Shown here one piece after another: positions 30,012 to 37,185 of a stretch of 64,000 nucleotides of DNA (its first letter is position 1; each line of letters opens with the position of its first letter). The notes beneath the pieces were generated by a model, which did no database searches, was not told the DNA's origin, and saw only the letters and a list, made by a program, of their open reading frames with translations. The DNA is from a bacterium (lineage in GTDB: Bacteria > Verrucomicrobiota > Verrucomicrobiia > Limisphaerales > UBA11358): assembly GCA_021813325.1 (NCBI GenBank), contig JAKALA010000016.1:82-64081 (forward strand). Direction: 5' to 3'. Position numbers and translations under genes: made by a program.

Positions 30012-31045
30012 TTAGAAACGCCACGTTTGGCAAATTAAATGAAACTATAGCCGCACGAGGCGAACCCGTTGGCGGCGTCTCGAACGGTGACGGTGGCCAG
30101 GGCGGCGGCGATGGCCGCTGGGAGTTCCTCGCCGGTGCGGGCCTCGGCGCGGCGCAAAAACCGCCTCACCTTGCTCCACATTTTTCCCATCGGGTTCGGG
30201 TCCGCCGAATAGGCTGGCAGGAAACAAACCGCAGCCCCGGTTTGCCCGATCAGGCGCGGGGTGGCTTCATTTTTGTGGGGTGCCAGATTATTCATCACCA
30301 CCAGATCGCCCGGGCGCAAGGTGGGGCAAAGCACGTCCCGGACACAGGTCTGGAACACCTCCGTGTCAGTCGCCCCGGCAATGGTCATGCAGGCGGTCGT
30401 GCCAGCGGCACGGATGGAGGACAACATGGTCCTGGTCTGCCAGTGTCCGGCGGGCGCGCAGGCAGGGACGCGCTCCCCACGCGGGGAACGCCCGCGCAAG
30501 CGGGTCAGGTTGGTTTTTGCCGCCGATTCATCAAGGAAGACGAGCCTGGCCGGATCAAGGCTGGGTTGCTGCCGCCGCCGCGTCCGCCGGGCTTGCCGGA
30601 TGTCGGGACGGTCTTGTTCGCTGGCGCGGAGTGTCTTTTTTTATGTGTCAGCCCCAGCTTGACCAGCACGTAATGGATGGCTGGAAGCGTGCAGTTCAAT
30701 CCGGTGGCCGCGCGCAGTTCCTTGAGGGTCAGGTCGGGCTTGCGGGCCAGCAAGGTCCGCAACTGCTGCCGGTGACTGGCCACGATGCGGGGTTTGCTGC
30801 CAGAACGATGGTGCTGGGGGCGGAGGTCGCCAATCCGGCGGCGCTGCTGGAGAAGTTTCTTGACCATGCCCACGGAAACCTGGAAGCGTCGGGCCACCGC
30901 CGCCCGCGTCTCCTCGCCCTGATCGTAAGTCGTCAGTATTCGTTCGCGCAAATCCACCGAAATGGTCTTCATGCCCCAACTCTGCCATACCCCGCCACAA
31001 ACGGCTACAGCTTTATTTAATTTGCTCTAAACGCGGCATTTCTAA
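30012..31045 (-). mobile_element. IS630-family insertion sequence core (TA-flanked, about 44-bp imperfect terminal inverted repeats)
   Basis: TA at 30010-30011 and at 31046-31047. Ends are TTAGAAACGCCACGTTTGGCAAATTAAATGAAACTATAGCCG and the reverse complement TTAGAAATGCCGCGTTTAGAGCAAATTAAATAAAGCTGTAGCCG (about 36 of 44 match). Encodes an IS630-type transposase. The element could instead extend to 29941..31116. Confidence 0.8.
30035..30972 (-). CDS. IS630-family transposase in two frames (orfA 30505..30972, orfB 30035..about 30630), joined by a -1 shift at an A7 run
   Basis: orfA has the HTH part (MKTISVDLRERILTTYDQGEE...). Reading -1 from CAT AAA AAA AGA (T-run 30626-30632 on the plus strand) gives HKKKTLRASEQDRPDIRQ...LVFLDESAAKTNLTRLRGRSPRGERV, then orfB. 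The expected second D and the E of the DDE triad read N (VVMNNLAPHK) and G (NPMGKMW). Confidence 0.8.
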
Positions 31046-31116
31046 TATATTCATGCTGATGTATGCGTGTAGTCAGACCCACATTTACTTCGAGAGGGCC
31101 GGAGTGAGGGAGAGCG
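31046..31116. repeat. Right arm of the 71-bp inverted repeat flanking the IS core
   Basis: Reverse complement of 29941-30011 (61 of 71 by hand count). Ends 35 bp before the ATG of the ABC-2 permease gene. Confidence 0.8.
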
Positions 31117-31150
31117 AATTCTAAAAAAACTGCTCCGCGCACTTTGTCAT

Positions 31151-32290
31151 ATGACCCGCCCTGCTTTCAATTTCGCGCGCTTCTTCGCCATCGTGCTGAA
31201 GGAATTCATCCAGATGCGGCGCGATCGCGTGACGTTTGCCATGATGGTCGGCATCCCGATGATCCAGCTCATCCTGTTCGGTTACGCCATCAACTCGAAC
31301 CCCAAGCATCTGCCCACGGCGGTTTACGCGGCGGATAACAGCCCGTTCTCGCGCGCCATCGTCTGGGCGCTGCACAACAGCAGTTATTTTGATCTCACCC
31401 GCGAGGCGCACAGCGAGGCGGAAATCCAGCGCTGGCTGGCGGAAGGAAAAATCCAATTTGCCCTGACCGTGCCGGTGGATTTCTCGCGCCAGTTGCTGCG
31501 CGGCGAAAAACCGGATTTGTTGATTGAAGCGGACGCCACCGACCCCTCGGCCGTCGGCTACGCGTCGGCCACGATTTCCGCGCTGGTGACTTTCGTTCTG
31601 AACCGCGACCTCACCGGACCACTGACCCGCTTGCGCGCCGGCGACACGCCGTTCCATCTGATCGCGCACCAGCATTACAATCCCGAGAGCATCACCCAAT
31701 ACAACATCGTGCCCGGCTTGATGGGCGTGATGCTGACAATGACCATGATCATCATTACCGGCCTGGCCATCACCCGCGAACGCGAACGCGGCACCATGGA
31801 AAACCTGCTTTCCACGCCGGTGCATCCCGGCGAAGTCATCATCGGCAAAATCATTCCCTACATCATGGTGGGCTACGTGCAGGTGTTCCTGATTTTGCTC
31901 GCCTCGAAATTCCTGTTCGACGTGCCGATGCTCGGCAGCGTGCCACTGTTGCTGGCGCTGGTGCTGCTGTTCATCGTGGCCAACCTCGCGGTCGGCATCA
32001 CGTTTTCGACCATTGCCAAGAACCAGTTGCAGGCGGTGCAAATGGCGTTTTTCTTCTTCCTGCCGTCGCTGCTGCTTTCGGGCTACATGTTCCCGTTTCG
32101 CGGGATGCCCGGCTGGGCGCAAGACATCGGCGAATGCCTGCCGCTCACGCATTTTTTGCGCATCGTGCGCGGCATCCTGCTGAAGGGCAACGGCCTCACG
32201 GAATGCGCGCCGGATCTGTGGCCCATTGCCTTGTTTGTGGCCGTCCTGCTCACCATCGGCATCAAGCGCTACCGGCAAACTTTGGATTAA
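31151..32290 (+). CDS. ABC-2 type transporter permease (YhhJ/YbhR-like), no adjacent ATPase gene
   Basis: N-terminal FARFFAIVLKEFIQMRRDRVTFAMM, a large extracytoplasmic loop and five C-terminal TM helices with the ABC-2 signature region. Confidence 0.85.
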   Translation: MTRPAFNFARFFAIVLKEFIQMRRDRVTFAMMVGIPMIQLILFGYAINSNPKHLPTAVYAADNSPFSRAIVWALHNSSYFDLTREAHSEAEIQRWLAEGKIQFALTVPVDFSRQLLRGEKPDLLIEADATDPSAVGYASATISALVTFVLNRDLTGPLTRLRAGDTPFHLIAHQHYNPESITQYNIVPGLMGVMLTMTMIIITGLAITRERERGTMENLLSTPVHPGEVIIGKIIPYIMVGYVQVFLILLASKFLFDVPMLGSVPLLLALVLLFIVANLAVGITFSTIAKNQLQAVQMAFFFFLPSLLLSGYMFPFRGMPGWAQDIGECLPLTHFLRIVRGILLKGNGLTECAPDLWPIALFVAVLLTIGIKRYRQTLD

Positions 32291-32348
32291 CCTGCCGCCC
32301 GCCGACGGGACAATGGCGGTTCGCTGGTCTCGCTTTGGCAATGCCCGC

Positions 32349-32936
32349 TCACGCCTTCAGCCGTTTCAACCAGTCGTTGATTTCGTCCAGATCAAACCGC
32401 GCGGCGTCCCACTCGCCGCCGATCCATGCCTGGAGATGTTCGTGTTCTTCGTGCTGGGGATCCGCCAGGGCTTCCAGCATTTGGTAATAACCGCCCAGGC
32501 CGCCGCAATCGTCCGGCGGACAGGCATTCGCCCCGGCCAGGCACACCGGATGTTTAAAATCCGCGTCCGGCGGCAAAATCTTTTCAAGGACAATTTCATG
32601 TTCCCAACTGTCGCCGAAGTCATACTCGTAAATGAACTTTTTCTTCGCGGCGGGCGCAAGATCAGCCACGGTGTAATGCTTCTCGTTCAACGTCTTCTGC
32701 TGGCCCAGGCCAAAAAACTCCGGATCCGGCGTGCCGTAATACGCCTGGCCGGCGACAAACTGGTGCAAATGCGAATCCGTCCACGGCAGCACACGCTGGA
32801 TCACCTGATGCAGCCGGTTTAATTTCAGGTCCGCCCGCACCACCACCCGCCGCCAGATGGCCGGTCGCGACCATTTCAAAGTGATTTTCAATTGATACAG
32901 CGGCACGCCGCCGCCGGTTTCGTTTAGGCGAATCAT
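32349..32936 (-). CDS. PRiA4_ORF3 (MM3350-like) family protein
   Basis: YQLKITLKWSRPAIWRRVVV, WTDSHLHQF, YEYDFGDSWEHEIVLEKI and CPPDDCGGLGGYYQMLEALADPQHEEHE are all hallmark segments of the plasmid pRiA4b ORF-3-like family. Confidence 0.85.
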   Translation of the reverse strand: MIRLNETGGGVPLYQLKITLKWSRPAIWRRVVVRADLKLNRLHQVIQRVLPWTDSHLHQFVAGQAYYGTPDPEFFGLGQQKTLNEKHYTVADLAPAAKKKFIYEYDFGDSWEHEIVLEKILPPDADFKHPVCLAGANACPPDDCGGLGGYYQMLEALADPQHEEHEHLQAWIGGEWDAARFDLDEINDWLKRLKA

Positions 32937-32958
32937 GGTTTTTATTGGGTTAAAAAGT

Positions 32959-33117
32959 TCATTTCAACGGCCAGCCGCCGCGCGTCTCGATGGATTTATC
33001 TATCCCGCCCATGAGCCGCCGGGCTTCCAACAGCGCCCGGATGATGCGGCCATATTCCTCCCGCTCGTCATAGCCGAGCGGGCGGCCGGTGCGGTCTTTG
33101 AGCCAACTTTTCACAAC
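32959..33117 (-). pseudogene. Relic 3' fragment (52 codons) of a second Type ISP/IIG-like enzyme C-terminal domain
   Basis: Minus-strand translation VVKSWLKDRTGRPLGYDEREEYGRIIRALLEARRLMGGIDKSIETRGGWPLK* aligns with the C-terminus of the 33862..37185 gene (...RWLNDR...YARIVYALSETERLMPEIDRAIGKHGGWPLK*). No upstream body exists. It begins directly after, and in frame with, the stop of the 243-aa ORF. Confidence 0.7.
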
Positions 33118-33849
33118 TTAAATTTCATTTTGCAACCCGTCCTTAAACATGGATGAGAAAACATCCCCAAAGCGCTGCCAGCCTTCATGCTCAAGATGCT
33201 CGAAATGATAGTAATCAAAAATGGGTGACCGGACCGTGTGCCCGCGTTTCTTTTCGGCAACATCTTTGATCAAGCCGCCAAAGGCTGCCATTAACGCTTC
33301 GTTTCGTTTGATGGTTTTAACCAGCCGGGTCTCGTCGCGGTCCGCCCAATAATCGCTTTCATCGCGCACAGCCACGTCCAGACCGGCCTTGCGGCAAAAA
33401 TCCAGCAAGCTGATGACCGTCTTATGGCAGCGGATGAAATGCGCCAGCCCATGTCGTCCTGCGAACTGCGTTTTACAAAACCAACTGAACTGCCAGTTGG
33501 CGCTGATTTTGGTCGGATGCCAGCGGTGCATGGAGCGTCCGTGCCGGCATTTCCACCGGCTGGGATAACAACACAAGGCGAGCATGAAAGGTTCACAGCC
33601 CGCGCCGATTTCAATCGGCAATATCCAACCGCCGTGGGCATGAATGGCCACCCAGCGCACGTCCAGCCCGCGCCCAATCTGGTGGAGCTTGTCGGTGACA
33701 TCCTGCCTTTTATGAGCGGGCAGCACTTCGCCCACGTTATCGCAGCCGAGATGCCGGGCGTAATCTCCGAGCACTTCCAATCGCGCCCGGACTTCTTCAT
33801 CCGTCCAGTCGGCTTGGGTGTCTAATTGATAATGGATGGTCAGGCCCAT
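33118..33849 (-). CDS. Hypothetical protein, Cys/His-rich, no family recognised
   Basis: 243-aa ORF with an ATG at 33849, 12 nt after the stop of the nuclease-methyltransferase gene. Protein-like composition with GC-rich third positions. Core HAHGGW...CCYPSRWKCRHGRSMHRWH...FIRCHKT. Confidence 0.65.
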   Translation of the reverse strand: MGLTIHYQLDTQADWTDEEVRARLEVLGDYARHLGCDNVGEVLPAHKRQDVTDKLHQIGRGLDVRWVAIHAHGGWILPIEIGAGCEPFMLALCCYPSRWKCRHGRSMHRWHPTKISANWQFSWFCKTQFAGRHGLAHFIRCHKTVISLLDFCRKAGLDVAVRDESDYWADRDETRLVKTIKRNEALMAAFGGLIKDVAEKKRGHTVRSPIFDYYHFEHLEHEGWQRFGDVFSSMFKDGLQNEI

Positions 33850-33861
33850 ATTGGTTTGGAT

Positions 33862-36800
33862 TTATTTCAGCGGCCAGCCGCCGTGTTTCCCGATGGCGCG
33901 GTCAATCTCCGGCATCAATCGTTCCGTCTCGGACAGGGCATAAACTATCCGCGCATAGGTGGTGATGTCTTCAAAGGTCAATTTCCGCTTGGGCTTGTTT
34001 TTTCCCCTGATCCAACGGTCGTTCAACCAGCGTTGCGCGGGCAAATAACCGCCCACCGGGAAATTCCAGACAGATTCCGGCACGTCTTCAAAATACTGCT
34101 TATCGTTGATCCAGACGCGGCTCTTGTCCCGGCCTTGGGCGGGCTGGTAACGCACCGAGTTGACTTCGTTGTCGCCGGGAATTGGGAAAACCGGCCCCTG
34201 GCCTGCGCCTTCATTGCGGGCGTGCAGGTTCACCAACTCGCCGCCGAGTTTGGCCAGCGTGCGGAACAATTCAAAATCCGCCGTCAAGGGCAGGCGGGGA
34301 AAATCCGCGCGGAGAAACTCCGCATAACGCTCGCGGTAGGCGGGACTGTGGAAGATGGCGTAGGCGTAATTGAAAATGAGTTCCGGCCCCACCTGCCGCT
34401 TGGACGGATTGCCCAAGCCCTCCGGCACGAACTTGACCGACAATTTTTGCTCAAACTCCTGGATGAACTCCGCGCTCAAGTTGGGCCGCCGCCCGTTGTC
34501 GTGGGCAAATAAATCGGCCTCGGGGAGTTTGCCGTTGGGGTAAAGGTAAAGCGGGAAAACTGTTCCAATGTCAAACGGGGAAACGATATCTTTGCAAACA
34601 AGTTCTTGAACCGCAAAGAAACCGTCAATTTGACCGCGCCTTGCCTGTCGTAGGCAGCATAAACCAAGATTGCCTTCCTGAATCATGTGGTGCATCAAAC
34701 TGCTGGCTGGCGTCCCAATGAAACCTTTCCCTCGTCCGCTATACCAAGTGTGGCGGACATCAAAAGGCCGATAAACAATCGGGTAGAACAAATGTTGCTT
34801 GGCATTTTCTCGCACATCGGCTTGAGCGCGTTCGATTGACCAGTCACGACTGTCGGAGCCAAGCTCGTATTTTCTTCTCAGTTCTTCGGTGTCACCAATT
34901 TTGAAATCAGCAACGACATTGTTAATTTCTTTTTCACTGAATTGAATAGAAACGCGATCTCTTTCAGTTTTGATTGCATTGCCCGACAATGGAAACAAAT
35001 CACGAACGCTCCACAATTTTCTGAATTCTTTTTCCAGCGACACATTTCTAGGAACAAAATAAAAACCAGGGGATTCGGGCTGAAGCTTTTGCCATTTTGT
35101 ATTGTCCGTGTAGTGATCATCCAGCCACTCATATTTGTCAGAGCGTCTTCCCCATAAATCCGCGTAACGCACCGTTGCCAGCTTCTTTTTGTCTTTGCCT
35201 CCCGGCAATTTCACAAAGAGCGCAATGGAAACACCCACGGTGATGTCGAACACATTGTCATCCTTGCCGCCGCCCGGTGTAGTTTCCTGCTTCTTGGCCG
35301 ACCCGTGGAGATTGACAATGTAGATTTCGTCGAAGGCCTCCAGCAAACATTCGCGCATCCGGCGGTGCGTTAGGCCGTCGAGATAAACATTGTTGGTGAT
35401 GTAGCCGATGATGCCGCTGCCGGTCTGCTCAATGCGCCATTGCGCCCAGCGGACAAACTTGATGAAGTCATCGTTGAGGTTGAGCTTCTTTTCATTCAGC
35501 CCGCGCTTGTAGTCCTCCAGCAAATTGAGAATCCAAGGGTTTTTATTCTGCTGGCCGAAATTGGAATACGGCGGGTTACCCAGCACCACCAAGACAGGTT
35601 TATGCTTTTTGACCTCGTAGGCGGAGTTGGCTTCGTCGCTCAGGGCGCGGAGTGGGCCAAGCTGTTCGCTGGTCTTTTCCAAATCTTCCAGCGTATTGGT
35701 GAGATAGACGTTCACGCGCTCATTGCCCTGCGGCTCGTAGCTCCATTGCTGGCGGAACAGCGGTTCCTCATCCATCGCGGCGAGGGCGAGGCCGAGCTTG
35801 AAATGCGCCACGGCGTAAGGCGCCATGAGCAGTTCAAATCCGAACAGGCGCGGCAGCAGATGCTCATGCACATAGCTGCCCCATTGCCCGGCGTTTTTCT
35901 TCTTCTGAAACTGCGCGCGGATGAAGTCAAGGACAGTGTAAAGAAACGTGGCGGTGCCGGTGGCCGGATCGAGGATGAGCACGCGATGCGATTCATCAAC
36001 AATCTCCTTGTCGCCTTCCTTGCGTTTGACGGTGATTTTAGAATGGTCGGCCAACCCGGCCTTGAGGCCGAACTTGTCTTTCAACAGCCGGTCAATGCTT
36101 TGGACGATGTAATTGACGACGGGTTCGGGCGTGTAATAGACGCCGCGCAATTCCCGCAGCTTGGGGTCGTAGGCTTGCAGGAAGGTTTCGTAGAAGTGAA
36201 CGACGGGGTCGCGGCGGCGGTTGCGTTTGCCGAAATCTTCCATAACCCGCGCCATGTCCGCATGGTCGAGCGTCTGGATCAAATCCTCGACGAAACCGGC
36301 AAAGGGTTCATCGTCCAGCGCCGCGCCGGTGATCTGCTCGAAGAACGTGCGAAGAAACGGATTGGTGCGGGGAATAAGTTTCTGCGCCTTTTCGCGGGTA
36401 AATTTAATCGTGGGGCTGGCGGCGCGGGCGCTGAACAAACCGTAGGTCAACGTCTGCGCGAACATGTCGGCAAACTCGGCGACGGCTGCCGCCTCCTTTT
36501 TCCGGTCGGCGTGCCCGGCGAGTTCGGGCAGGAGCGTGGCGGCAAAGGCCGCGCGCCAGTCGCGCAACTGTTGGGAAGCGTTGCCGGTGAGAAACGCGCC
36601 GACGATGATGCCGCGGATGTTGTGGGAAAGATTGGCCAGCCGGCGGGCCAGTTCCTCGGCCGACGCAATATCGAGCGGATCTTTGGTGAGAAAGCTGATG
36701 AGCAGATGCCGGGCGCGTTCCAGTTCATCGGGCGCAACCGGAACCACCTTGCCGCCGCCGGCGACCGTGCCGAGCCGGAAGATTTCCCGGCGTTTGCCTT

Positions 36801-37185
36801 CCACGAACCAGCGGAATTCCAGATAATCGGTCAAGAGCAGGTTGGCGAGCGACGGAAGGTAGCGCTCGAGCTGTTCGCTTTTCTCAACTTCGCCAAGTTC
36901 CACGCCCACATCCTTGGCTTCAACGTAACCGACAGAAAGCGTATCGCGTTTGCGGGAGATGACATAGTCGGGCGCACCGCAGGCGGAGCGCTTCGGCTCG
37001 TTGGTCGCGATGATTTTGGGTTCGAGCGTTTCCAGCAACGTCTGCAAGGCGGCGCGGTGCGTGTGTTCGGTGGCGTCGCCGCGCTTGAGGGCGCGTTCCA
37101 AGGTGCGGAGATAGTCAAGCAACGGCGAGGGCTTGCCACCACCGTAAGCGGGCGGTTCTTCGTGCAAAAAGTCAGGTTGTGTCAT
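33862..37185 (-). CDS. Single-polypeptide restriction-modification-type enzyme: N-terminal PD-(D/E)xK nuclease + gamma-class N6-adenine DNA methyltransferase + TRD + Type-ISP-like C-terminal domain (Type IIG/IIL-like, no helicase module)
   Basis: Nuclease motif GAPDYVISRKRDTLSVGYVEAKDVG. AdoMet motif ILDPATGTATFL. Catalytic VLGNPPYSNFGQ. C-terminal FPVGGYLPAQRWLNDR...GGWPLK. ATG at 37185; the track start at 37245 is TTG. Confidence 0.85.
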   Translation of the reverse strand: MTQPDFLHEEPPAYGGGKPSPLLDYLRTLERALKRGDATEHTHRAALQTLLETLEPKIIATNEPKRSACGAPDYVISRKRDTLSVGYVEAKDVGVELGEVEKSEQLERYLPSLANLLLTDYLEFRWFVEGKRREIFRLGTVAGGGKVVPVAPDELERARHLLISFLTKDPLDIASAEELARRLANLSHNIRGIIVGAFLTGNASQQLRDWRAAFAATLLPELAGHADRKKEAAAVAEFADMFAQTLTYGLFSARAASPTIKFTREKAQKLIPRTNPFLRTFFEQITGAALDDEPFAGFVEDLIQTLDHADMARVMEDFGKRNRRRDPVVHFYETFLQAYDPKLRELRGVYYTPEPVVNYIVQSIDRLLKDKFGLKAGLADHSKITVKRKEGDKEIVDESHRVLILDPATGTATFLYTVLDFIRAQFQKKKNAGQWGSYVHEHLLPRLFGFELLMAPYAVAHFKLGLALAAMDEEPLFRQQWSYEPQGNERVNVYLTNTLEDLEKTSEQLGPLRALSDEANSAYEVKKHKPVLVVLGNPPYSNFGQQNKNPWILNLLEDYKRGLNEKKLNLNDDFIKFVRWAQWRIEQTGSGIIGYITNNVYLDGLTHRRMRECLLEAFDEIYIVNLHGSAKKQETTPGGGKDDNVFDITVGVSIALFVKLPGGKDKKKLATVRYADLWGRRSDKYEWLDDHYTDNTKWQKLQPESPGFYFVPRNVSLEKEFRKLWSVRDLFPLSGNAIKTERDRVSIQFSEKEINNVVADFKIGDTEELRRKYELGSDSRDWSIERAQADVRENAKQHLFYPIVYRPFDVRHTWYSGRGKGFIGTPASSLMHHMIQEGNLGLCCLRQARRGQIDGFFAVQELVCKDIVSPFDIGTVFPLYLYPNGKLPEADLFAHDNGRRPNLSAEFIQEFEQKLSVKFVPEGLGNPSKRQVGPELIFNYAYAIFHSPAYRERYAEFLRADFPRLPLTADFELFRTLAKLGGELVNLHARNEGAGQGPVFPIPGDNEVNSVRYQPAQGRDKSRVWINDKQYFEDVPESVWNFPVGGYLPAQRWLNDRWIRGKNKPKRKLTFEDITTYARIVYALSETERLMPEIDRAIGKHGGWPLK

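Noticed and set aside
29935-31122. Target-site duplication at the outer ends of the 71-bp arms
   Set aside because: The sequences outside 29941 and 31116 (…CATTTGG / AATTCTA…) show no TA or other direct repeat. Only the inner boundaries have TA/TA. The outer arms are therefore reported as flanking inverted repeats, not as confirmed IS ends.
33291-33800. 169-aa alternative-frame ORF inside the 243-aa hypothetical gene
   Set aside because: It is on the same strand but has an Arg/Ala/Trp-rich composition and lower coding quality. The 243-aa frame begins with an ATG right after the RM stop and has a better amino-acid composition.
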